60,335 nt of DNA from positions 1 through 60,335 of the forward strand of contig JAMCYV010000011.1 in NCBI GenBank assembly GCA_023473595.1. The letters run 5' to 3'. Origin of the DNA: Patescibacteria group bacterium. GTDB lineage: Bacteria; Patescibacteriota; CPR2; UBA1875; JAMCYV01. Positions 21,379 to 29,928 of the stretch are shown here, piece after piece; position 1 is the stretch's first letter; every line of letters begins with the position of its first letter. Below the pieces are notes generated by a model, which was given only the letters and a program-made list of their open reading frames with translations, did no database searches and was not told the origin of the DNA. A program made the position numbers and the translations under genes.

Positions 21379-21729
21379 TTATTTCTCTTTTACAAACTGG
21401 ACTTTGTTTTTGTCGGGGTCGGTGATAGAGAAGTTTGGAGCCCAGGTGGCATCATCAACTAGTTCTTTTAGAAAAGTTATATTTGGATTAGATTTTAATT
21501 TATTATAAGTTTCTTTAATGTTTTCTACTGAAATAAAAACGGTTTGAGCTCCAGGGATTTCTCGGTCTTCTTTCTTTTGTTTAATTCCTAGTCTGGCGCC
21601 GTTTGGAAAGATAAAAGAGACAAATTTGCTATCTTGAATGTATTCAACTTCGAAACCAAGAGTATCCCTATAAAAGGGGATGACTTTTTCTATATCATTG
21701 GTGTAAAAGACGGCGCTATGGAGGTTCAT
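21379..21729 (-). CDS. VOC/glyoxalase-bleomycin-resistance fold protein
   Basis: 116 aa. VFYTNDIEKVIPFYRDTLGFEV ... ITDPDKNKVQF pattern typical of the VOC fold. Confidence 0.7.
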   Translation of the reverse strand: MNLHSAVFYTNDIEKVIPFYRDTLGFEVEYIQDSKFVSFIFPNGARLGIKQKKEDREIPGAQTVFISVENIKETYNKLKSNPNITFLKELVDDATWAPNFSITDPDKNKVQFVKEK

Positions 21730-21739
21730 TTTGGGAGCT

Positions 21740-22201
21740 TTAATTTACATTAAGATTGTGAGGATAGATTGTCGATGGGACTTTATATTTCAAGATTTCT
21801 GTATCGCTCATCGAACCATTGCCAGACCAAATCTTTGTCCATTGATCATTTATTTTTTTAAGTATTATCATAGCTCCGCCCCCGCCCCCGCCAATGCTGC
21901 AGTTAGCAAACTCACCATTTTGATTCCAAACATAAGCTAGTTGTTTTAGGGAGACTTCAGAAACTGCTGGCTGAGCACAAACGGATTTTATATCTTCAAG
22001 ATCATTTTTTGAAGGGGTTGTTGTAGTTTCCTTTTTAGCAGAATTAACATTTGCAATCCTGTTTTCCAATTCTGTCTTTTGGACCTCAAAAGTTTTCTTG
22101 TTTTCTTTAGCCCTTTGATCCATCAGATACCAGACTTCTCCGGCTGCGGCAAAGGTAAAAATAGGGAAAACGATTGACGTAATAATTAGTGCTTTTTTCA
22201 T
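21740..22201 (-). CDS. membrane-anchored or secreted hypothetical protein
   Basis: Start chosen at MKKALIITSIVFPIFTFAAAG (signal/anchor) with RBS gaagga. The ORF-track start 22294 adds an unlikely leader. Contains a GGGGGG run. Confidence 0.6.
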   Translation of the reverse strand: MKKALIITSIVFPIFTFAAAGEVWYLMDQRAKENKKTFEVQKTELENRIANVNSAKKETTTTPSKNDLEDIKSVCAQPAVSEVSLKQLAYVWNQNGEFANCSIGGGGGGAMIILKKINDQWTKIWSGNGSMSDTEILKYKVPSTIYPHNLNVN

Positions 22202-22477
22202 TTTAAATCCTTCATTAACTTCCTTAAGCATAACAAAAAAGCTTTTGATATGCAATAACCTTAAAATTCCTCTTGACAGGATAAGGATTATCAAATAATA
22301 TTTGGTTATTCCTTTTGGTTAATTCCAAGAGAAACTGACACAAAAACAAAGAAAACAATCCGCCTAACTTTTTTTAAAGTTATTCGGACAAGAAGTTGAT
22401 ACCCTTGACCTATGAATGCCATAGGCTTCGGTAAGCTTGCATTTATGGGGATTTTGAGCCAGAGGCTCAATAGGTAA

Positions 22478-22568
22478 AAACCGATCACTTTTCTTTCAGT
22501 GTAAAAGGAAAAAGGCAACTTTTTGTTGTCTAAAAATAGTTGCTGGAAGGAGGGTGATCGGCTTTTAT
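22478..22568 (+). ncRNA. candidate structured RNA or leader element (nested hairpins)
   Basis: aaaaccgatcac pairs with gtgatcggctttt. uuuucuuuc pairs with ggaaggagg via G-U pairs, which work only on the + strand. Inner stem gcaactttt/aaaatagttgc. Confidence 0.25.
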
Positions 22569-22689
22569 AAAATCAAAAATCAAAAATAATAAATAAAATC
22601 AATTACTAATTAACCAATTTCAGTCAAAGGCTGATCGTCCTCTGGACGAAACTGATCAACTAATGCGGAGGGTAGGAGGAAAAGAAAAG

Positions 22690-24333
22690 ATGAAAAAATT
22701 TAAAAAGAAAATTGCAGTTCTTACTAGCGGGCTTTTGATAGTCCAACTTATGATGTTGGGTATGGTATTGCCGGTAAAAACTTTTGCCGCTGATTATCAA
22801 GCTCCGGCAGCTAGCCAAAAAGACGACAGCGATATTTCAGCTACAAGCTTTAATTATGTAAAAGCTAACGACGATCATGGAAGCCACATCGGGGCTAGTA
22901 AAACTCTGAAGGTTGATACCTTTGATGTTTCAGCCATTGACGAGAATGAAATAAAGGGTGTTAGTCTAAAAATAAAATACAAGACAGAATCAGATTATGA
23001 TGGGACTGAAGCTATTAAATACGGGTTAGAAGGAGAAGAGCTTGCTGATTCTAAAATTATCCCTACTTCTAATTCTCTTTATGTAACAGAAGAGTTTGAT
23101 CTTTTCTCCCAGGGGATTGACACCAAAGAAGAGATCGGCGATTTGGATGTTAGCTTTACTAATAATTCTGCAAACGAAGAAAGCGGCGATGTTTTGATCG
23201 ATTATCTCTGGGTAGAGGTAACGACTAATGAGATTCCACAAGTTATATTAACCAACAAACCAGATACCCTCTCAAATGAAACCGAAGCAACGTTCAGTTG
23301 GGTTGGGATGGACGACGTTACCCCTCAGGAAGATCTATTATACTCTTACAGATTAGACGAAGGAGATTGGACCGATTACGCAAGTGGCATGGAATCAACC
23401 CTTACCGACCTTAACGAAGGGAGTCATAAATTCGATTTGAGAGTTATCGACGAAGATTCTAATCTCTCGATGGTTAGCTATGAATGGGAGATTGATGCGA
23501 CTACTCCGGATTTTACAGCCAAAGTTACTCCTGTTCTTGCCAATAGTCAGACCAAGACCGTTAATTTTTCTATCACTCCTTCTGAAGAAGTAAAAGACGT
23601 TATCCCGGTAGAATCTTTGGCAATTCCGGTAAAGGCCTTGGAATACGGTGTTAACCTAAAGGTAGAAGGGGACGGAACCATGCCTTTTGAAAAAATCCTT
23701 CATAAGGATGCAAAAGGCAATTATTCTTTTGATTACCTTATCCGAAGCAAAGGCGATAAGGAGATAAACTTTACTATCTTTGCCTTTGACCTGGCAGGGA
23801 ATGAGGGGAAATATGAAGGTTCGTTTAATCTTGACACTGTCGCTCCTGGAAAAATAACCGGACTAAGGTCGGTAGTTGGAAACGCCAAAGCCGAATTCAG
23901 CTGGGTAAACCCAACCGATTTAGACCTTGCTGGAATTCGAGTGGTAAGAAACGATGGGATAGGATCTAATCTAGGAAAAGTAAACGTCTTTACCGACACT
24001 ACAGTTAAAAACGACACTACCTACACTTATAGCTTCTATGCTTATGATATAGCTGGAAATATTGGCGAAGCAGTAGTAGCTACAGTCACTCCAAAAGCAC
24101 CGGTTGTTGCCCAGGCAGCAGTAGTAGATGTAGCCCCCGTTACTGAACTTGTCCCTCCTGTAAATGAGGAGATTAAAGCAGCGACTGAAGAAAATAATGA
24201 TACCAGCGAAAATAAAGACGTTGAAGTTAAAGAGACAAAGAAACTTCCAACCTGGAGCATTATTCTTCTTATTATCCTTTTAGGAATTGCAGCTTATCTC
24301 TTCTATACCCAGACGCCAAAAGAAAACAAATAA
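22690..24333 (+). CDS. cell-surface protein with Ig/FN3-like domains, N-terminal signal/anchor and C-terminal TM
   Basis: MKKFKKKIAVLTSGLLIVQLMMLG signal. FN3-like SWVNPTDLDLAGIRVVRNDG...YTYSFYAYDIAGN. C-terminal TM WSIILLIILLGIAAYLFY. ggagga RBS favours 22690 over 22663. Confidence 0.8.
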   Translation: MKKFKKKIAVLTSGLLIVQLMMLGMVLPVKTFAADYQAPAASQKDDSDISATSFNYVKANDDHGSHIGASKTLKVDTFDVSAIDENEIKGVSLKIKYKTESDYDGTEAIKYGLEGEELADSKIIPTSNSLYVTEEFDLFSQGIDTKEEIGDLDVSFTNNSANEESGDVLIDYLWVEVTTNEIPQVILTNKPDTLSNETEATFSWVGMDDVTPQEDLLYSYRLDEGDWTDYASGMESTLTDLNEGSHKFDLRVIDEDSNLSMVSYEWEIDATTPDFTAKVTPVLANSQTKTVNFSITPSEEVKDVIPVESLAIPVKALEYGVNLKVEGDGTMPFEKILHKDAKGNYSFDYLIRSKGDKEINFTIFAFDLAGNEGKYEGSFNLDTVAPGKITGLRSVVGNAKAEFSWVNPTDLDLAGIRVVRNDGIGSNLGKVNVFTDTTVKNDTTYTYSFYAYDIAGNIGEAVVATVTPKAPVVAQAAVVDVAPVTELVPPVNEEIKAATEENNDTSENKDVEVKETKKLPTWSIILLIILLGIAAYLFYTQTPKENK

Positions 24334-24342
24334 AGTTTAAAA

Positions 24343-24376
24343 GAAGCGCCCCGACATTACGTCGGGACGCTTCTTT
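24343..24376 (+). terminator. rho-independent terminator
   Basis: gaagcgccccgac(24343-24355)/gtcgggacgcttc(24361-24373) with one mismatch, then ttt. Confidence 0.7.
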
Positions 24377-24429
24377 GCTTGATTAAAACTTTCCCCAAAA
24401 GTAAAATATAATTAATTAAAAAATAAGAG

Positions 24430-24993
24430 ATGAGGTTAAAAAGTATTTCATCAGTCTTTTATGTTAGTCCCCAATCGATCTCTCCGGAAAAAACATTGGA
24501 AGCTATGGAAATTCCAACAGGAAGCAAAGTGGTCGACTTCGGGGCAGGGATCGGTTTCTGGACTATTCCCTTGGCGAAGATAGTCGGAAGGAATGGCAAA
24601 GTCTATGCGCTTTCTGCTAACGACGATTTTTTCAATTTTTTGGAAAAGAAAATAAGCTACCTAGGACTTAATAATGTTGAAGTAGTAAGATTCAGCTTGG
24701 AGGAGGGTAATATCCCTGTTAAAGAAAAGGCGGATCTTGTGGTTCTCGCCAATGTTCTCCATGTCATTAGAAATCGCGAAGAGGCTTTAAAAAGGGCTAA
24801 AAAACTGCTTAATAAAAATGGCCGAGTCTTAGTTGTTGATTATCTTAGAATAAGGACGCTTTTTGGGCCGCCGATTGAATACCGAATGTCAGAGGAGGAA
24901 GTAATCATTTTAGCTGAAAAGGTTGGTCTTAGATTTAAATGTACGGTTGATGTCGCCAAAAATCACTATGGCTTAATTTTTGAAAATCAATAA
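24430..24993 (+). CDS. class I SAM-dependent methyltransferase
   Basis: Motif I VVDFGAGIGFWT and post-I acidic residue pattern. 187 aa. Confidence 0.8.
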   Translation: MRLKSISSVFYVSPQSISPEKTLEAMEIPTGSKVVDFGAGIGFWTIPLAKIVGRNGKVYALSANDDFFNFLEKKISYLGLNNVEVVRFSLEEGNIPVKEKADLVVLANVLHVIRNREEALKRAKKLLNKNGRVLVVDYLRIRTLFGPPIEYRMSEEEVIILAEKVGLRFKCTVDVAKNHYGLIFENQ

Positions 24994-25006
24994 AAGAAAG
25001 GAGCAT

Positions 25007-25177
25007 ATGAAGGAAGAAAAAAAGAAAAAAGAAAGCCAGGAAGTAAATGAAGAAGAAGATCTGAAAATTTGCGACAAATGCGGTTCAAAATTGGTTGAAG
25101 AAGAGGGCGAATGGTTTTGCCCAAATTGCGACGCAACCATCGACTTTTTTGGTGATTCTGACGAAGAAGAACTTTAG
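25007..25177 (+). CDS. small acidic zinc-ribbon protein
   Basis: CDKCGS...CPNC (two CxxC pairs). RBS aaaggag before ATG 25007. The ORF-track start 24980 overlaps the upstream gene. Confidence 0.6.
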   Translation: MKEEKKKKESQEVNEEEDLKICDKCGSKLVEEEGEWFCPNCDATIDFFGDSDEEEL

Positions 25178-25179
25178 CG

Positions 25180-25593
25180 ATGAAAGAAAGGCTCTTCCAA
25201 ATCTTGAGTTACGATTATTTCTTTAAGGAACCTACTTCCTTTCCATATTTAAAGTGGCAATTAATCTTCTTTGGCATTATTCTTGCTTTTGCCTTTGGCT
25301 TTAAATTTTACCAGTTATTTAATATTAGCGAGAAAGACCCGAGGCGGCCTTTTTTTAAGGTTCTTTTCTGGGGATCTTTCACTTCCTCACTTTTGGGATT
25401 TCTTTTTATCTTCTTCAGAACCCAGGAACTCCCGACTTTTTCTATAAGATTTTTTTACTACCTAAACATTTTAATCCTTCTAATTTTCTCTCTTAGTTCC
25501 TTTGTATACTTCAAAAAGAAGATGCCATCGAAGGTTCTTAAATATAAAGAGACAATGCGAAAAGAGAAGTGGCTGCCTAAGAAAAAACGCTAA
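25180..25593 (+). CDS. integral membrane protein
   Basis: 137-aa ORF with about 4 hydrophobic segments and a basic C terminus. Confidence 0.6.
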   Translation: MKERLFQILSYDYFFKEPTSFPYLKWQLIFFGIILAFAFGFKFYQLFNISEKDPRRPFFKVLFWGSFTSSLLGFLFIFFRTQELPTFSIRFFYYLNILILLIFSLSSFVYFKKKMPSKVLKYKETMRKEKWLPKKKR

Positions 25594-25609
25594 GTTATAA
25601 CAAATCTTC

Positions 25610-25638
25610 TTGACTTAGGGGTATTTTTCAGGTAATAT
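25610..25638 (+). promoter_or_regulatory. candidate 16S rRNA promoter
   Basis: ttgact(25610-25615), 17-nt spacer, taatat(25633-25638). Confidence 0.5.
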
Positions 25639-25730
25639 TATCTTAGTTAAATTTTAAAAAGAAATACGAAAAAACTAATTCCCTCCCAGAAGAAGGGAGA
25701 GAAAGTTTTCTTTGTGGTCTTTTAAGGAAC

Positions 25731-25757
25731 TTTGACAGCCGAATATTGATAGAAAGC
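25731..25757 (+). promoter_or_regulatory. 5' strand of the pre-16S processing stem
   Basis: tttgacagccgaatattgatagaaagc is complementary (26/27) to 27957-27983. Confidence 0.7.
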
Positions 25758-25914
25758 AGCTCTTAGCCTTTTTTAAAGGCTAAAATCAAGTAAACAATTT
25801 CAACGAGTTTTTTAGTTTTCAAAACTAAAAACAAACTCTTTTTTGGAGAATTTTTCATCCTACGGATGACCAACCGAAGGTTGGCAGCCTAGTTTGAATT
25901 ACTTTCCATTCTTT

Positions 25915-25957
<43 letters not shown>

Positions 25958-26072
25958 TTAACACATGCAAGTCGTATGCATTTAGGTGCATGGCGAACTG
26001 GTGAGTAGTACATTGGAATCTGCCCCCATCACGGGGATAACCCGCCGAAAGGCGGGATAATACCCGATAGCC

Positions 26073-26207
26073 CCAGCACATATTTGTCATTAATTTGCTA
26101 ACAAAGACGATTCTTGCAAATCTTGTTCTATTACCTCAGGTGTAGAAATCTAGATCAAAATGGCTCATTCGCAAATTAATAAGTCTTTGATGACAAATAT
26201 GTGCTGG
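26073..26207 (+). other. 16S insertion 1 (V2 / helix 9-10 region), ORF-less long hairpin
   Basis: Perfect 18-bp closing stem ccagcacatatttgtcat(26073-26090)/atgacaaatatgtgctgg(26190-26207), between conserved gataatacccgatag and gtaaagttccggcgg. Confidence 0.85.
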
Positions 26208-26281
26208 GTAAAGTTCCGGCGGATGGGGAGGAGCCTTTGTCCTATCAGCTTGTTGGTGGGGTAACGGCCTACCAAGGCTAT

Positions 26282-26316
<35 letters not shown>

Positions 26317-26329
26317 TTGGGACTGAGAT

Positions 26330-26360
<31 letters not shown>

Positions 26361-26477
26361 AGGAATCTTCCGCAATGGGCGCAAGCCTGACGGAGCAACG
26401 CCGCGTGAAGGATGACGGCCTTCGGGTTGTAAACTTCTTTTCTCTGGGAAGATTATGACGGTACCAGAGGAATAAGC

Positions 26478-26521
<44 letters not shown>

Positions 26522-26685
26522 AAGCGTTATCCGGAATTACTGGGCGTAAAGAGTGTGTAGGTGGTGGTCTAAGTCAGATGTTAAATCTCTGGGCTTAACT
26601 CAGAGGCTGCATCTGATACTGGATTGCTAGAGACAAGAAGAGGTAAGCGGAATTCTCGGTGTAGCAGTTAAATGCGTAGATATCG

Positions 26686-26718
<33 letters not shown>

Positions 26719-26752
26719 TCTTGTTCTGACACTGAGACACGAAAGCGTGGGG

Positions 26753-26783
<31 letters not shown>

Positions 26784-26858
26784 CGCTGTAAACGATGCCT
26801 ACTGGCTGTGGGTTTCGACGACCTCGAGATCCGTAGCGAAGCTAACGCGTTAAGTAGG

Positions 26859-26926
<68 letters not shown>

Positions 26927-27023
26927 ACACGTGGTTTAATTCGACTCTAAGCGAAGAACCTTACCGAGGCTTGACATCCTGGGAACCCCGGCGAAAGTCG
27001 GGGGTGCCTTCGGGAACCCAGTG

Positions 27024-27066
<43 letters not shown>

Positions 27067-27139
27067 AGGTTAAGTCCTTTAACGAGCGCAACCCTTGCTC
27101 TGTGTTGTATGTTTCACAGAGGACTGCCCTGGTCAACGG

Positions 27140-27174
<35 letters not shown>

Positions 27175-27403
27175 TCTTACGCCTCGGGCTACACACATGT
27201 TACAATGGCTAGCACAATGGGTCGCGAACCCGCGAGGGGAAGCTAATCTCATCAAAACTAGTCCCAGTTCGGATTGAAGGCTGCAATTCGCCTTCATGAA
27301 GTCGGAATCGCTAGTAACCGTGGGTCAGCAATACCACGGTGAATACGTTCTCGGGTCTTGTACACACCGCCCGTCACACCACGAAAGTTGGTAACATCCG
27401 AAA

Positions 27404-27540
27404 CCCCGCACATATTTTCGATCCAAAACTGCCCAATTTGTCCTAAATATAGTTAGTTTTGATTTGGGCAAAGTGTGGCAAAAGTAAATTATAATTGCAA
27501 AGAGTTTTGGCAGGACAAATTATCGAAACTATGTGCGGGG
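27404..27540 (+). other. 16S insertion 2 (tip of helix 44), ORF-less extended helix
   Basis: ccccgcacat(27404-27413)/atgtgcgggg(27531-27540) closing stem, with further internal pairing (ttcgat/atcgaa, aatttgtcct/aggacaaatt). Confidence 0.85.
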
Positions 27541-27630
27541 TGAAGATGGGACCAGCGATTGGGGTGAAGTCGTAACAAGGTATCCGTAGGGGAATCTGCG
27601 GATGGATCACCTCCTTTCTAAAGGAGAAAT

Positions 27631-27939
27631 CCCGCACCTTTTAGCCCTTGTCGTGAGATTTGTGTAAAATAGCTTTATGTTCTATGTCTATGTATTAAAA
27701 AGCAAAAAAGATCAAAGCATTTACATCGGCTACACGACGGATTTAAGAGGTAGATTTGCTTCTCATAATAACGGTTCTAATAAATCAACCAAAGAAAAGA
27801 AACCATGGGAACTTATCTATTATGAAGCATTCAAAGACCGAACGTTGGCAAAGGAGAGAGAAATTAATCTGAAATATTATGGGAAATCTCTTGGACAACT
27901 TAAAAGAAGGATAGGTCTTTGAGGGTTAAAAGGTGCGGG
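27631..27939 (+). mobile_element. GIY-YIG cassette in the 16S 3' spacer, bounded by a 17-nt inverted repeat
   Basis: cccgcaccttttagccc(27631-27647) against gggttaaaaggtgcggg(27923-27939), 16/17 complementary. Confidence 0.6.
27677..27922 (+). CDS. GIY-YIG nuclease family protein (second copy)
   Basis: FYVYVLKSKKDQSIYIGYTTDLRGRFASHN ... KEREINLK. 81 aa. Confidence 0.8.
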   Translation: MFYVYVLKSKKDQSIYIGYTTDLRGRFASHNNGSNKSTKEKKPWELIYYEAFKDRTLAKEREINLKYYGKSLGQLKRRIGL

Positions 27940-27956
27940 ACAATCCTAGAGGTCGC

Positions 27957-27983
27957 GCTTTCTATCAATATTGGGCTGTCAAA
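27957..27983 (+). promoter_or_regulatory. 3' strand of the pre-16S processing stem
   Basis: gctttctatcaatattgggctgtcaaa pairs with 25731-25757. Confidence 0.7.
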
Positions 27984-28134
27984 TAATTAACAATTCATAC
28001 TTAACAGTAATCGGCAAACAGGGAACATTTCATTGAAAAAATGACTCATAAGAGCTATAATGTTATCTGTTAGTTGCTTACTGTTTTTTGTTTGCTCTCG
28101 ATTTTGAATTATTAATTGATAATTGTTATATTTC

Positions 28135-28211
28135 GGGCGTGTAGCTCAGTTGGTTAGAGCGCGTCACTGATAATGACGAGGTCCCTGGTTCAAATCCAGG
28201 CACGCCCACCA
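28135..28211 (+). tRNA. tRNA-Ile (GAT), CCA encoded
   Basis: Cloverleaf gggcgtg/cacgccc, anticodon loop ctGATaa, T loop ttcaaat. Confidence 0.95.
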
Positions 28212-28217
28212 TAAAGT

Positions 28218-28481
28218 ATGAGCGAACTTTTGCAAAGAATAATTTACGGCTCCTTGGGAATAATCTTCGGCGTTGTCTTGGTTTGGAAATCCCATGAGAT
28301 CGTGAACAATGTCGGCCACAATTATTGGGCCGAAGAACATTTAGGCGAAGGAGGAACCTACAATTTGGTAAGGTTTCTCGGGGTTTTCTTAATGTTTGTC
28401 TTTTTTGCATATATGATAGGAAAATTGGGGGTAGTTTATTTGGCTGTATCAAAGTTTTTCAGAAATCTGATAGGAAGTTAA
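28218..28481 (+). CDS. small two-TM membrane protein encoded between tRNA-Ile and tRNA-Ala
   Basis: 87-aa ORF with two clear hydrophobic segments. ATG lies 6 nt after the tRNA, with no obvious RBS. The antisense 108-aa ORF is R/P-rich and overlaps the tRNA. Confidence 0.4.
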   Translation: MSELLQRIIYGSLGIIFGVVLVWKSHEIVNNVGHNYWAEEHLGEGGTYNLVRFLGVFLMFVFFAYMIGKLGVVYLAVSKFFRNLIGS

Positions 28482-28499
28482 AGAATTGTTAATTATTAT

Positions 28500-28575
28500 G
28501 GGCCCGTAGCTTAGCTGGTAGAGCGCCTGCTTTGCAAGCAGGAGGTCAGGAGTTCGAATCTCCTCGGGTCCACCA
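28500..28575 (+). tRNA. tRNA-Ala (TGC), CCA encoded
   Basis: gggcccg/cgggtcc acceptor with G3:U70, anticodon loop ttTGCaa. Confidence 0.95.
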
Positions 28576-28604
28576 AAGCAAGAGCAAATTTTTATGATAA
28601 ATTG

Positions 28605-28634
28605 AAAAACCCTAGGCAGTAACCTAGGGTTTTT
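28605..28634. terminator. bidirectional hairpin between tRNA-Ala and the convergent P-loop gene
   Basis: aaaaaccctagg(28605-28616)/cctagggttttt(28623-28634), a perfect 12-bp stem with A and T runs on both sides. Confidence 0.75.
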
Positions 28635-29928
28635 CCCTCCAAACCGAGTTTAAGACTTCTCGGCTTTTTTTGTCTTCCTCCAGGAAATGGTTGGGAATGT
28701 ACTGGAAAAGGAGGGCACGGGCGAGAAACTCGAGATATGAATCCCAATTTCTAAGTTTCCTCTTTACTCCGACTAATCTCCCGGTGGTGTAGTGGGAATT
28801 GTAGTATTTTACCAGGGATTCCGGCTTGTCTTCTTCGAGGAGGAGGTAGCTTCTTGCTTCGGCGACATTCTTAATCCCGAAGCTTTTTAAGAGGTTTCGC
28901 CACTCGTTTACCTTCTGCCAGTCGGAAGTAATGATGAGCGCCATATCGATTGTAGAGAGGAGAAGATGAGTTATCTCGTCGATCTTTCCTGGGAGATCGA
29001 CAAAGATAATGTTTTCGGTGAGGCTTTCAAGTTGGACAAGAGCTGGGTAGACTTTTTCAATCTCCCATTTTGTCTTCAAGTCCTTGTGTCGTTCCCGATC
29101 GGTGCCAAGCCCAACGTTAATGAGTTCCAGAGTTGGGCTCCCCAAATCCAAGTCGATGCTACCAACGTTAATCTTAAGGTTGCTGAAATCTGGCCGGCTT
29201 AAAAGCGAGTCCAGTATAACTCGGATTTCGCTAGTGATCGTGGCACAAGAAGTGCTCTTGCCGGAACCGGGTGGTCCGCAAGCCGCGATCCTAATTTGTC
29301 TGTTCTCGAGAAGCCGAACTTTCTCTTCTTCGAAAATCACTCTTTCTACGCCGGTAATTTTCCCGCCTTTCCCAAAGGTATCCCAGGTTGGGATAGTTGT
29401 GTAGTGAAGATTGCGGTCATTCATTACGATGGGAAGCGGTTCCAGACTAGCAGGGGACGGTTCTGGAAGAGCTCTTAGAAGCTCATCAAGAGAGCTTGCG
29501 ATCTTAAGGCAATTGTCTAGCAGGTTGCAGAAGTCGCCTAGGGTTGTAGTCATCGGATTGTAGAAGCATTTGATGTAGTGTTTGAACAGCTTGGGCGAAA
29601 GTCTTCTTCTCGTAAGCTTTTCTTCTACAATCTTTACAACATGGCACTGGGTTGCGTAATAGATAATCTCTCGCGCCAACTTACCTTCCTTGTCCGGTAA
29701 GTTTCGGGAGATTCTATGAAGCTTATGCGCCAGGTCATTGCCAAAGAGGCAGAAAGTAGAAGTTCGAGAGAAAGTTTCAATTGCTTTCACACTTAGCTTC
29801 TCTTTCCTTGCCACCACGACGTTCTCATCAAGCAGGTTTAACCTATGAAGCAGCCAAAAACCAACGGCTGCTAAAAGGCTAGGCTTCTTTGGTACTATTA
29901 CCACGCGTATGGTTTTCAACCACTCCAC
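28624..29928 (-). CDS. P-loop NTPase with a ~210-aa unknown N-terminal domain
   Basis: Walker A ACGPPGSGKST. Downstream IIFVDLPG (Walker B or dynamin-like DxxG). 434 aa. Looks more GC-rich than its surroundings by eye. Confidence 0.8.
   Translation of the reverse strand: MEWLKTIRVVIVPKKPSLLAAVGFWLLHRLNLLDENVVVARKEKLSVKAIETFSRTSTFCLFGNDLAHKLHRISRNLPDKEGKLAREIIYYATQCHVVKIVEEKLTRRRLSPKLFKHYIKCFYNPMTTTLGDFCNLLDNCLKIASSLDELLRALPEPSPASLEPLPIVMNDRNLHYTTIPTWDTFGKGGKITGVERVIFEEEKVRLLENRQIRIAACGPPGSGKSTSCATITSEIRVILDSLLSRPDFSNLKINVGSIDLDLGSPTLELINVGLGTDRERHKDLKTKWEIEKVYPALVQLESLTENIIFVDLPGKIDEITHLLLSTIDMALIITSDWQKVNEWRNLLKSFGIKNVAEARSYLLLEEDKPESLVKYYNSHYTTGRLVGVKRKLRNWDSYLEFLARALLFQYIPNHFLEEDKKSREVLNSVWREKP

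Noticed and set aside
28126-28452. 108-aa minus-strand ORF
   Set aside because: It overlaps tRNA-Ile and is R/P-rich. The + strand membrane ORF is the more plausible reading, if any.
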